Origin: Oligoflexales bacterium
GTDB lineage: Bacteria > Bdellovibrionota_B > Oligoflexia > Oligoflexales > JAPPIL01
Length of the DNA stretch: 64,000 nucleotides
Assembly (NCBI GenBank): GCA_965215515.1
Contig: OZ244057.1
Coordinates: 32,001 to 96,000 of the forward strand
Direction: 5' to 3'
Under the pieces are notes generated by a model, which saw only the letters and a program-made list of their open reading frames with translations, made no database searches and was not told the origin of the DNA. Both the position numbers and the translations under genes were made by a program. This document shows, one piece after another, positions 40,034-49,620 of this stretch. Within the stretch, counting starts at the first letter, position 1, and each line of letters begins with the position of its first letter.

Positions 40034-42007
40034 TTGGGTTTTGCCTTAAAGCTCGATGCTCCTGGTCAACCGCTGAAGTCGGTGCCCTTGACGGGCGACA
40101 AGATTTTGCTGGGATCGTTGTTATCCAATCATGTTGTGCTACAAGGCAAGGGCATCGATCCTATCCATGCTTTGATCGAGGCGCACGCAGACGGTGGTGA
40201 TGAGCGTTGGATCATTACTGATCTTGGTTCAGAGGGGGGAGTTAAACTCAATGGGAGTGCGATTGAGGTCGAGGCGGAGATCAATCCCTCTGATGTGATT
40301 GAGTTAGGTGATGCGAAGTTAGTCGTTGAGGCGGTGCGTGTTCCAGATTACAAAGGGGCGGTGGTGGCTGGCACAGGAGTGAGGTTAGAAGCGGCGGGAG
40401 GGGGCGGTGCACTACCACCTGTACCACCTGCGCCAGTGCCACAGCAGGAACAGCCAGCACCTAGCCATGACAGGAGGGCATCGTTATTTAACGTGCGTGA
40501 GGCGCGGCCACGGGGTGAAGTGCTGGAGGTGGTTGCGTATTGGGACAAGACGATCATCGAGGCCGAGTATTTTCATCGCGATTTCAAAGAGTTCAACAAG
40601 GTAACGATCGGCACGACCGATGTTAGTCATTTTATCGCCGCGAATCGAGATGCGCAGCTGATCAAGCGTCATGTGTTGGCGGAGTTTGGTCGTGGCGGGG
40701 GCTATCGTCTCAACCTTAGCGACGGTATGACCGCGAGGGTGCGGAAGGGCGGCAAGGTCAGCAAAATCTCAGGGGCACGTAGCATTTCGTTGGGCAAGCA
40801 TGACTTGGTGCAGGTGGCTTTCGGCGCGGTCAGGTATTTTTTAATTTTTGTCAAACCGCCTAATGTTATTTTACCACCTGCGCGCAACAGCGATCCGTTT
40901 TTCAGTGCACTATTGATGTTGGCGATGTTGTTTTATTTTATCTGCATCCCTACATTGTGGTATGCTAGCTCGAAGATTACCAGAGATCGTAAGGACGACA
41001 TTTGGGCGGTGGTTTATAAGCCAGTCAAAAAGCCCAAGCCGATCAAGGTAGTGAAGGTCAAAAAGAAAATTGAAAAAGTAAGAGACAAAAAACCGCTGAA
41101 AAGGCCTCCTCCTCCCAAGAAACCCAAGCCTGTCAAGCCAGTTAAACCGATACAGAAACCGAAACCTAAAAAAACTGTTAAGCTTGCCAAGCGTCCACCG
41201 ATTGCGAAGTCTTTGGGGGTAAAAAAGCGTGGCAAGGTGGCTGCGAAGCCGCGGGCGCGGCCGAAACCCGCGGGAGGCAGATCGGGCATCAAGTCGACGG
41301 GTATCGGCAGTCGTCGGCCTGGTGGGGGACGTAAGGGGAAGAGCAATTCTTCGTTGACGGGTGCTAAGGGAGTAAAGAACAAGAAAGCTTCAGGCGTTAA
41401 TCTTTCCAAGCTCGGTTTGGATGTCGGTCAGGTGTTGTCGAAGCGTGGAGCGGGGGCGCAGTATACGACTTTCAAGAGTTCCGCAGGCGGTGCAGGTGGG
41501 GGGCGTGGTGCGCGCCTCAACACTACGGGTCTGGGTGGCTTGGGTGATGCGCGTACTTTGAGTTTGGCGGGCAGCAAGGGTGCGTTGAACAAGTTCGGCA
41601 CGGGGCAGGGTGTGCTTGATCGTGGCGGGCGTGGCGGGGGCTTGGGCAAAGGTTTCGGGCGTGGAGCGAGCAAGGTGACGGTCAACATTCCGCCAGGCGA
41701 TCCTGTTGTATCGGGTGGTTTGACCGCGGGTGAGATTTCCAGTGTTATCAGGAAGAACCTCAACCAGATTCGTCACTGTTATGAACAGTATTTGCAACGC
41801 AGCCCTGGCAAATCTGGCAAAGTGGCGGCGAAGTTTGCTATCGGGAAGAGTGGTCGCACCACGTCGGTCAGTATCAGGAGATCTAACATCTCCGATCGTT
41901 CCTTCCGTAATTGTATCACCAGCAGGATTAAAACCTGGAAGTTCCCGCGCCCTCGCGGCGGTTCGAGCGTGCAGGTCAACTATCCGTTTGTCTTCAATCC
42001 GCTTTAG
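40034..42007 (+). CDS. GltG/PglI-like protein (FHA, TM, K/P-rich and G-rich linker, TonB-C/AgmX domain)
   Basis: HALIE..DLGSEGGVKLNG FHA domain; single TM; IRHCYE..WKFPRPRGG..VNYPFVF. Confidence 0.85.
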   Translation: MGFALKLDAPGQPLKSVPLTGDKILLGSLLSNHVVLQGKGIDPIHALIEAHADGGDERWIITDLGSEGGVKLNGSAIEVEAEINPSDVIELGDAKLVVEAVRVPDYKGAVVAGTGVRLEAAGGGGALPPVPPAPVPQQEQPAPSHDRRASLFNVREARPRGEVLEVVAYWDKTIIEAEYFHRDFKEFNKVTIGTTDVSHFIAANRDAQLIKRHVLAEFGRGGGYRLNLSDGMTARVRKGGKVSKISGARSISLGKHDLVQVAFGAVRYFLIFVKPPNVILPPARNSDPFFSALLMLAMLFYFICIPTLWYASSKITRDRKDDIWAVVYKPVKKPKPIKVVKVKKKIEKVRDKKPLKRPPPPKKPKPVKPVKPIQKPKPKKTVKLAKRPPIAKSLGVKKRGKVAAKPRARPKPAGGRSGIKSTGIGSRRPGGGRKGKSNSSLTGAKGVKNKKASGVNLSKLGLDVGQVLSKRGAGAQYTTFKSSAGGAGGGRGARLNTTGLGGLGDARTLSLAGSKGALNKFGTGQGVLDRGGRGGGLGKGFGRGASKVTVNIPPGDPVVSGGLTAGEISSVIRKNLNQIRHCYEQYLQRSPGKSGKVAAKFAIGKSGRTTSVSIRRSNISDRSFRNCITSRIKTWKFPRPRGGSSVQVNYPFVFNPL

Positions 42008-42106
42008 CAAGTCCTCATTCGTACGGCCAGCAGATTTTACTGCATTGCCAATCATGGTGTTTTATGCGATGACGGGGCACTTGCTGTCGAGAAGATGCCC
42101 CTACTG

Positions 42107-42129
42107 CGCTTTTTACGGGGGCATCTACA
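42107..42129 (-). repeat. Solo copy of the IS3-family terminal inverted repeat
   Basis: The reverse complement TGTAGATGCCCCCGTAAAAAGCG is identical to 2690-2712 (23/23). Confidence 0.9.
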
Positions 42130-42229
42130 CCGCTGATGGTCGTCAACCTCCTTGCGGAAGGCAATACCACCATCGACTAACGCTCGCAAAATTTCCACCC
42201 CAACCCTCTGAACCCACGGAACTCAGGTG

Positions 42230-43846
42230 TTAAGGAGAGTTGGGGTTGAAAGTCACTCGCACCTCGCAGTTGCACTGTCCAGCGCTCCAATAGCACCCAC
42301 TCAGATTAACATCTACAGAGGTATTATCAGGTTGCCTAAACCCACGATCATGTTGGCAGCCCCAACTTGGACTAGGCTCATTGTTTATGCACGAACTTTC
42401 TGCATCCACAGAATCATCCACATAGTGACCATAACAGTCAGTATCAGGCGTTGTGGAGTCACCATCATCATCGACACAGTTGCTACTGTGAGGATGAGTC
42501 TCGGCTTCACAAGGATACTTTTTCTTGCAGCATAAAAAGCAGTCCGCGGGCTCCCCCTGCGGCCCTGGCGGCGCTAAGTCTGGGTCTAGCACCAACCGCC
42601 CCCGCACCCTCACCAACCCTCGCCCTCGATCCCCCCGCGGGCCTGGTGGCCCTCGTTGTGTGCCATCCGAGCCTGGAGGCAGCAATCCTTCCCGCACGCC
42701 GCTTTTGAAATGCCCACCACCAGCCCTGAAGTCACTGATAGTTGGGAAGCGCTCTATCTCGCAGCTGAAGGTATCGTACTCCACGAGGTCGGGCTCATCG
42801 GGACTCCACCAGGTGGGAGGATCGGGCAGAGCAGTGGTAGCACCTGGATATGATCTGTCTATGTACCTCCCCCCAGGGCTGGCAAGGCGAAGCAGTGTGT
42901 AGGTTTGTGCAAGGGCAGTGCCACTACCCTGTTGCGCCGCGACGCGCCGCGCACGGCCAGTGGCGGGAGTCCCGTCTGTGCCCACGCAGCGCGTTTCTTC
43001 ATCTGCCACTATCTGCTCGACGTAGCCGCTTTGGGAGCAATCGATGGCTTTTACCGTGCGCTTCTCCGTAGGAGTAAGGTCGGTGCTGCAGATCGGATCG
43101 CCCGTGACGAAGGTATCAGTGGCGTCGAGGGAAAAACCAAGCAGAGCTCCCTTAGCGCAATCCTTCGCGGTCACCAGCGGTACTTGACTACACTTGGCGT
43201 AGTTGGAGTTGAAATCATATTGGATGATCGCCCCCGCGCCCTCGTAGAGCTTGACCCCTGCACTGTCAAGCTGAGTCAGATGAGGGTTACTGGGGAGCGT
43301 GGGGTTCGTGCAATCGGTGGTGTTGTCGCTGATCGCCCCTGGGGTGTTGTGATGCAAAAAAACGATCTCCTCACGTTCAGCCAACCTGATCTTGACGGTA
43401 GGATGCTGCGCAGGGATAAATTCCACCCTCACCTCGACCGCGATCAAACCCTCCTCCTCTACGTAACTGTCTGCCTGCAGGATCTCACCGCTAGGCAAAT
43501 TTCTTCTCAGGGCAGTCACCCTCCACCACCTCCCTGTTGGCGACCCAGTGTAACCGTAGTCGTAAAGATCATCGGCAAGAAGAAGGGCATTGCCGTTGGC
43601 GGTGGGGATAACGGCAAGACCAGCTCGCGAGCAAACGATGTGCGGACAAGTGCCGCTCCTTGTCGCATCCCAACCAGCAATGACGATGCTCTTGTAGTGT
43701 TTGAGCAACTCCTCGCGCTGTTCCCGCAACCGTACCGCCGCCATCGTCTGCGACTGACTGCCGAGCAGACGCGCTACCGCCACCGCCACAATACCCGCCA
43801 GTGCCACCGCGACCATCACCGACATCAATGTCATGCCATTGCGCAT
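42230..43846 (-). CDS. Large type IV pilin-like protein with Cys repeats and collagen-like segment (no. 3)
   Basis: MRNG|MTLMSVMVAVALAGIVAVAV after RBS GGAGAGG; GPPGPRGDRGRG..PPGPQGEP; Cys-rich tail. Confidence 0.75.
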   Translation of the reverse strand: MRNGMTLMSVMVAVALAGIVAVAVARLLGSQSQTMAAVRLREQREELLKHYKSIVIAGWDATRSGTCPHIVCSRAGLAVIPTANGNALLLADDLYDYGYTGSPTGRWWRVTALRRNLPSGEILQADSYVEEEGLIAVEVRVEFIPAQHPTVKIRLAEREEIVFLHHNTPGAISDNTTDCTNPTLPSNPHLTQLDSAGVKLYEGAGAIIQYDFNSNYAKCSQVPLVTAKDCAKGALLGFSLDATDTFVTGDPICSTDLTPTEKRTVKAIDCSQSGYVEQIVADEETRCVGTDGTPATGRARRVAAQQGSGTALAQTYTLLRLASPGGRYIDRSYPGATTALPDPPTWWSPDEPDLVEYDTFSCEIERFPTISDFRAGGGHFKSGVREGLLPPGSDGTQRGPPGPRGDRGRGLVRVRGRLVLDPDLAPPGPQGEPADCFLCCKKKYPCEAETHPHSSNCVDDDGDSTTPDTDCYGHYVDDSVDAESSCINNEPSPSWGCQHDRGFRQPDNTSVDVNLSGCYWSAGQCNCEVRVTFNPNSP

Positions 43847-43856
43847 ACCCTCTCCG

Positions 43857-45233
43857 TCATCGTAGCGGGCAAGAGCGGTTGTCATCCTCAAACCATTGCC
43901 AATGAGTATCTTCATTACCGAAATATCCACCATTACCACACCCTTCATCAGGGTAAGCAGGGATGGGAGGTGTTGCAAGAGGTCGGCCACTGAAAGATTC
44001 TCCCCTTGCCCCTCGCTCACCACAGGTGGGTCTGCCCTTCCGACCCCTCGGCCCTTGCCCACTGACGGTAAAGTCCGTGAGGGTACCCATAGAGCCAGGA
44101 ACATTTTTATATTCCTCATCACCAAAGTATGGAAAACCTGCCCTCGTGCCACACAACACTCTGCCCCTACTATCTATCCCTCGCACGGCGGCTGGTGCTC
44201 TAGTCGTCGGCCTTGGCACGCTTGGCGGCCACGGCCCTGGAGTCGTCGGCGTACAAGCATATATGGGCTGATTAAGAGCACAATTACTGTAATGAACCAG
44301 CTTGCCACTTCCCCCGAGTGCACACTCCACGTTAGCATTTTCGTTGCTAACGCCCGCCCCGATTTTCCAGATAACACTGCGATCTGAGACGCAACTGGTA
44401 GGAGTGACCGCTACCCTGCCGCTGTCGCTGCTGCAGGCGGTGGTAGATTCCACCACCCCTCCCTTCAGCGCATTTTTGCGCGGACAGTTGCCGAGACCAT
44501 TACGGGTGGTGTCGACAAGATCGGCGGAGCCGCAAGATACGTCGCGGTTAGATGAGTGCAAGGCGATCGCGGTCACCGCCTTGTCGCCACAACCATTGCC
44601 AGGCACATAGTTGGTGCTGCGTCGTAAGCGCAATTCGCGCGGATAGTTCAGCTGCGGCAGATGACGTTCGTTGCCCGCCCCGCGCCACCTGCTGGCAACA
44701 AAACTCTGCGTGAAAACGAGATCGACCGCGTTGTTTCCCCTGTGTTCCCATTCGACCTCAACTTTCCACCAACCATCGGTATCTTCTCTCGTCGCCGAAT
44801 CCTTCAGATGCATGCCGCCTGACTTGATAAGGACAATGTTCGACGCATCGAAGTTGCTAAAGTTTAGTGCACCCGCACGGGTAAGGGCATTACCACCAAA
44901 CTCACAATCAGGCCCCATCAACCGCATATTACGAGAACCGCTGGGACAACTGCTGCCCTTGCCGAAAATACAACGTCGCAAGGGGAGGTTGGCACTGGTC
45001 ACGGTAGGTCCGCCAGCATCGTAGAGAGTGCACCACCACACCTTGTCGTCATGCAGCAGATTGCTGTAGAACTTGAAAATCGCATCGCCCTTGTCGGCCA
45101 ACTCCATCACCCGCAAGGCACTCATCTGATTGCCCACCAGACGCACCCCCGCCACCGCCAGCACACCTGACAACCCTACCGCCACCATGAGGGAGGCCAG
45201 TGTCAGACCGAGTTTTCGCTCCCGAGCTCTCAT
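43857..45233 (-). CDS. Large type IV pilin-like protein with Cys repeats and collagen-like segment (no. 2)
   Basis: MRARERKLG|LTLASLMVAVGLSGVLAV; GQGPRGRKGRPTCGERGARGE; ATGA overlap with the upstream gene. Confidence 0.75.
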   Translation of the reverse strand: MRARERKLGLTLASLMVAVGLSGVLAVAGVRLVGNQMSALRVMELADKGDAIFKFYSNLLHDDKVWWCTLYDAGGPTVTSANLPLRRCIFGKGSSCPSGSRNMRLMGPDCEFGGNALTRAGALNFSNFDASNIVLIKSGGMHLKDSATREDTDGWWKVEVEWEHRGNNAVDLVFTQSFVASRWRGAGNERHLPQLNYPRELRLRRSTNYVPGNGCGDKAVTAIALHSSNRDVSCGSADLVDTTRNGLGNCPRKNALKGGVVESTTACSSDSGRVAVTPTSCVSDRSVIWKIGAGVSNENANVECALGGSGKLVHYSNCALNQPIYACTPTTPGPWPPSVPRPTTRAPAAVRGIDSRGRVLCGTRAGFPYFGDEEYKNVPGSMGTLTDFTVSGQGPRGRKGRPTCGERGARGESFSGRPLATPPIPAYPDEGCGNGGYFGNEDTHWQWFEDDNRSCPLR

Positions 45234-46594
45234 GGTGGTGGATCGCATAGGTTACCAGACTTATCCCACCCAAGAGGACATCTGAGATTGTCGCACTTCT
45301 CATAGAACTTACTACCATCACAGAAAGACCGAGCCTGCGCTCCCTGCGGGCCAGGGTAGGTATCCCCCTGTTCTCCTCGAGGGCCTCGGAAGCCTCGAGG
45401 CCCTGCGCCTGTCGGTGTCGGCACACATGCTGTTACCAGACCGGTGCTCCCAAACCCTCTGATAGCCTCTCCTGGGTCGCAGTATTCTGGCTCCACCCCG
45501 CCTGTTCCCCCTCCCATCACCGCAGTCGAACACGTGAAAGTGCCCGTATCGCTAATTCTAACAATCCCGTAACGGTTCTCACCGCTACAGTGCCTGGCGG
45601 AAAATCCCGCCTCGACCTCGTTCACCAAAATATTGGGGTGGCTACACTGACTGATGCCTGTCCACGGATCGAAAAAGGCGATCGCGGTCGTGCCGCCCCC
45701 ACTCGTCGCGGGGCAACTTCCCTTGGTAGCGCCAGCTCCACATCTTAATCCCCGCCCCGCCGTGCCAGGAAACGACCTCCCCTTGATCCCAGCAAATGCT
45801 GCACCGCGCACTCTGCCGGTCTTGGTGAAAGGGTTATCGCTGTCACCGCTCAGGTCGTAACAGGGGGGGACGACCAGCGGGCCTTTGGAGGAGCACTCTA
45901 CCAAGCCTGTATAGGAGTCGAAGTTGACCACCGCGCTATCGCCCGCATAGGCGAGCACTCCCTTGCCCGTGCCACGATAATGACCCGTAAGCCTCCCCTC
46001 CGAACAGTCTTTGCCGACCGTGCGGTTCAAGTAGACGGCATGCTCCTTATCGGCCAGGTCAAAATTCACCCCGAGATCGTTCTTAATCTCGGTGCGGTTG
46101 GCGGTAAGAGTAAGTTTCACCTCCACATGTCTGTTGCTGGTGAGTCCCCTCCACTCGGCTTCGAGGCAAAAGTGTTGCGTGGTGTCGCACGTGCTCGTCG
46201 CACCATCGATAGGCAGGTTGTTGTAATCCTGCATCCGCAACCCGAGACCAGAACCTCCGATCAGCTCATCGGGATCGGGGGCTGGCGTTGGAAGGAAATC
46301 CTCCTGACAATCTTCTCCGTGCTTGTAAACCACCAGAGGGCCGCTGCGGGGCGATCCTGTGCGCAAGTAATTCCCTAGCGCACTATTTCCCCAAACAGTA
46401 CACTCCCACGTATTGCGGTTACTGATCACACTGGCGTAATAGGTTATCACCTGCTCGCGGAAAGATACCAGGTCACCGATCAAGGTGATGCTGGCACGGT
46501 TGCGCATCTGCTGGGTGTAGACCAACGCGAAGATGCCGAGCACAACCGCACCTGCCATCACCGTGACGATGCCGAAACCTCCCTCGTCTCTCAC
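45230..46594 (-). CDS. Large type IV pilin-like protein with Cys repeats and collagen-like segment (no. 1)
   Basis: MRDEGG|FGIVTVMAGAVVLGIFALV; GAGPRGFRGPRGEQGDTYPGPQGAQ. Confidence 0.75.
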   Translation of the reverse strand: MRDEGGFGIVTVMAGAVVLGIFALVYTQQMRNRASITLIGDLVSFREQVITYYASVISNRNTWECTVWGNSALGNYLRTGSPRSGPLVVYKHGEDCQEDFLPTPAPDPDELIGGSGLGLRMQDYNNLPIDGATSTCDTTQHFCLEAEWRGLTSNRHVEVKLTLTANRTEIKNDLGVNFDLADKEHAVYLNRTVGKDCSEGRLTGHYRGTGKGVLAYAGDSAVVNFDSYTGLVECSSKGPLVVPPCYDLSGDSDNPFTKTGRVRGAAFAGIKGRSFPGTAGRGLRCGAGATKGSCPATSGGGTTAIAFFDPWTGISQCSHPNILVNEVEAGFSARHCSGENRYGIVRISDTGTFTCSTAVMGGGTGGVEPEYCDPGEAIRGFGSTGLVTACVPTPTGAGPRGFRGPRGEQGDTYPGPQGAQARSFCDGSKFYEKCDNLRCPLGWDKSGNLCDPPP

Positions 46595-46742
46595 CCTCTG
46601 ACCACGCTTGCGATAGAAAACTCTACAACCATTAGAGCATGTCTACGGATGTGAGTGCAACTTTTTCTGTTGTATGTTAGTTTTCCTCCCCTACAGAAAA
46701 GCGTAGGCAAACTCGCTTCTCCCGCCACACTGTGTTAGCTTA

Positions 46743-47270
46743 ATGAGCGTCTGTGTTGTGCTGGGAGGGCTGGTGCTGAGATTCGGAGGTGCAGCGGTGT
46801 TCGCGGTCACCGCGGCGGTGTTGACCTGGTATTTTATTCCCTCCGATCTCAAAAAAGTCGTCTCCAACCCACAGCCCGCACGCCCCCAGACGGTGAGCTG
46901 GCATAGCTTACAACTGCTCGATTACAAAACAGGCACCGCACCCCCGCCTGTCCAAGCACTGCACGGGAAACGAGTCAGAGTCCCTGGTTTCGTCGTGCCC
47001 CTGTTGGACAACATCACCGTGTTGAAAGAATTTCTGCTCGTTCCCGACCCCCAAGCCTGTATCCACGTGCCACCGCCCCCACCGAATCTGATCGTCTACG
47101 TCAAACTACGCAAAGCAATATCCTACCGCAACGCCTTCAATCCCGCCTGGGTCGACGGCATTATCTACATTCTCGACACCCAGAGCCAGTTCGGCACCGC
47201 ATCATGGCGCATGGATGGGATAAAAATTTTCCCCTATACGACAGAAGACAACGCCCCCCCACCACCATAG
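46743..47270 (+). CDS. DUF3299-family protein
   Basis: LHGKRVRVPGFVVPL..EFLLVP..ACIHVPPPPPNLIVYV. Confidence 0.85.
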   Translation: MSVCVVLGGLVLRFGGAAVFAVTAAVLTWYFIPSDLKKVVSNPQPARPQTVSWHSLQLLDYKTGTAPPPVQALHGKRVRVPGFVVPLLDNITVLKEFLLVPDPQACIHVPPPPPNLIVYVKLRKAISYRNAFNPAWVDGIIYILDTQSQFGTASWRMDGIKIFPYTTEDNAPPPP

Positions 47271-47319
47271 CGCACGCTTTCCCCGACGAAAAGCTCACAC
47301 ACGAAAGAGGGAACGACGA

Positions 47320-48558
47320 CTAAAAAACATCACGGGCACGCAAGACCTCCAACGGGGAAGTGCGAGAGGCAGTTTGCGCAGGGTAGAGACCCGCACCGAG
47401 ACAACACAAAATCGCTACACAACAGACAACGACATAAACACGCACATCAAAACGGACCGGTAACTCAGCCAGTAAATAAATATCGGGCAAGTCGATAAGC
47501 TGATAACGTCGCAAAAAAACACTGGCTAACAAGGCAACAACAACCCCGAAAAAACTGCCGATCAAACCGATAAGACAACCCTGTTGCAAAAAAATAGCAT
47601 TGATCTGACGATTAGTGGCACCGAGTGCTTTCAAAATAGAAATGTCCTGCAGTTTTTGTGACACAGAAACAAATAACGTTGTAAAAATATTGAAAATGGC
47701 CACCAATGCCACCAATGCCACGATTACCGAAATGACCGCCCGCTCCTGTTTCATCGCCTCGAACAAAGGACGGTTGAACGACTGCCACTCCTTGATCGAC
47801 AAAGCATAGGCTGCACTCATGCGACTAGCAATCTCACGACTGTCATGCGGTTTGCGCAAACCGATCTCGATTCCCGTGACACGTGCACCCATACCGAAAA
47901 ACCGCTGCGCGGTGCGCAGATTAACGATACCGACACGATTGTCGTAATGCTTCAAGCCTGAGCTGTAAACGCCAATGACTTTAAACTTTTTGTATTGTGA
48001 AAAGCTTTTCCGATGCGGCGCAACGAGCCGCACCCGCCCGCCGACCTTACCGCCCAACAACCGTAACAACCCCTGGCCGACAATTATCTGTGGATCACCG
48101 TTTCCCTCTTCACGAGTCATCTCCTGTTGCAACAAGTCGAGTGCATGGGCTGGCTCAATCAAACCTGCCAAGCTCTGTACCTTCTCACGTCGGCGAGGAT
48201 GAATACCACGCATCAAAATAGAATGCATGCTGCTGTCGCCCCGTGCCATCGTCTCATAATGCACAAACGGAGACACACCCTTAACTTCATCTTTAAAGTC
48301 TTGCGTAATTTTTTCCACCCAGCCGTCGTAATTTTCAATCCCAGAAGGAAAACGATAAGCTAGCACATGCGCATTGGCTGCCAAAAAACGCTTGCGCAGC
48401 TCCTCTTCAAAACCATTGATGACCGACAACACCACGATCATCGCCGCAACCCCGATAGCAATACCGACGATAGACAGGACGGAAATCCAGGTAAAAAACA
48501 AATCACGGCGACTTATCTGCAAATAACGCCGTGCCACCAACGAGGTAAAGTTTTTCAT
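47320..48558 (-). CDS. Lipoprotein-releasing ABC permease LolC/E-like
   Basis: IAIGVAAMIVVLSVINGFE, WQSFNRPLFEAM, ISILKALGA and LYPA motifs. Confidence 0.88.
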   Translation of the reverse strand: MKNFTSLVARRYLQISRRDLFFTWISVLSIVGIAIGVAAMIVVLSVINGFEEELRKRFLAANAHVLAYRFPSGIENYDGWVEKITQDFKDEVKGVSPFVHYETMARGDSSMHSILMRGIHPRRREKVQSLAGLIEPAHALDLLQQEMTREEGNGDPQIIVGQGLLRLLGGKVGGRVRLVAPHRKSFSQYKKFKVIGVYSSGLKHYDNRVGIVNLRTAQRFFGMGARVTGIEIGLRKPHDSREIASRMSAAYALSIKEWQSFNRPLFEAMKQERAVISVIVALVALVAIFNIFTTLFVSVSQKLQDISILKALGATNRQINAIFLQQGCLIGLIGSFFGVVVALLASVFLRRYQLIDLPDIYLLAELPVRFDVRVYVVVCCVAILCCLGAGLYPAQTASRTSPLEVLRARDVF

Positions 48559-49592
48559 CCCAACCCCTCTTCCCGTAGCCACGCGGCCGCTTCGAGCGCA
48601 TAGTAGGTGAAGATTGCCCGCGCTCCCGCCCGCTTAATGGCCAACAGAGCCTCCAACACACACTGCGGCTCAGACAAAAAACGCGCGGCACTCTTCAACA
48701 TGACATACTCACCGCTGACCTGATAAGCATAGACAGGCACTTGACAGGCTGCGACCACCGCGGCGATGACATCGAGATACAGACCCGCGGGCTTAACCAG
48801 CACGATGTCAGCTCCTTCGCTGACATCCATACACGCTTCGTGCAAGGCTTCCATCCGATTGGCGGGCTGCATTTGGTAACTGTACTTGTCGCCCGTAAGC
48901 GTCTCCGTCGCCCGCACCGCCGCCCGAAACGGCCGATAAAAATGCGAAGCATATTTTGCCGCGTAGGAAAGCACGATCGTATCGACATACCCTCGCTCCT
49001 CCAACGCATCACGTAACACCGCCACCCGCCCGTCCATCATGTCCGAAGGGGCAACCATATCCACTCCCGCCGCAGCATGGCACAAAGCTTGTCTCTGCAA
49101 CACCGCAAGCGTGGCATCGTTGAGCACATAACCGTCAGCATCGACAATCCCATCCTGCCCGTGCGAGGTGTAAGGATCGAGAGCAACATCGGTAATGATC
49201 GCCAAAGGAGGAAAATTCTTTTTCAACAGCCGTACCGTCCGCGGAATGAGACCGTCTTCGTTGTATGCCTCACGCCCGTCAGCCGTTTTTTGCGCGGCGG
49301 CGATGGCAGGAAACAGCGCTAACGCCTTGATCCCCGCGGCAAGCGCTCGCTCGGCAACGTGCAACAGCGACGACTGCGAATGTCGGTAGAGCGCAGGCAG
49401 TGCCGCAATCTCCTCCCGTTCCTGCTTCCCCCCATGCACGAAGACAGGGTAGATAAAGTCACAGACCGACAGGCGACACTCGACCGACAGGTCACGCACC
49501 GCCTGACTGACCCGTAACCGCCGTAAACGACTGCGGGGGAAATGACGGGCAGGGGTCATCGTTCTCGCTCCTCGATGAGGGATATTGTGCAC
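48555..49592 (-). CDS. hemB: Porphobilinogen synthase
   Basis: DVALDPYTSHGQDG, APSDMMDGRV, VKP and AYQVSGEY motifs. Confidence 0.96.
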   Translation of the reverse strand: MHNIPHRGARTMTPARHFPRSRLRRLRVSQAVRDLSVECRLSVCDFIYPVFVHGGKQEREEIAALPALYRHSQSSLLHVAERALAAGIKALALFPAIAAAQKTADGREAYNEDGLIPRTVRLLKKNFPPLAIITDVALDPYTSHGQDGIVDADGYVLNDATLAVLQRQALCHAAAGVDMVAPSDMMDGRVAVLRDALEERGYVDTIVLSYAAKYASHFYRPFRAAVRATETLTGDKYSYQMQPANRMEALHEACMDVSEGADIVLVKPAGLYLDVIAAVVAACQVPVYAYQVSGEYVMLKSAARFLSEPQCVLEALLAIKRAGARAIFTYYALEAAAWLREEGLG

Positions 49593-49620
49593 CGCAAACT
49601 ACGTTCTCCTCCGTACGCGC

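Noticed and set aside
41020..41280. Low-complexity AAG/CCT-rich stretch
   Set aside because: Explained by the Lys/Pro-rich linker of the GltG/TonB-like protein.
2690..42129. A 39-kb transposon bounded by the inverted 23-bp IS repeats
   Set aside because: No target-site duplication, the content is core housekeeping, and the transposase is truncated; independent scars are more likely.
42905..43993. 362-aa plus-strand ORF
   Set aside because: Antisense shadow of pilin-like gene 3.
43847..44152. 102-aa N-terminal extension of the 640-aa ORF
   Set aside because: It overlaps the upstream gene; the RBS and prepilin motif place the start at 43846.
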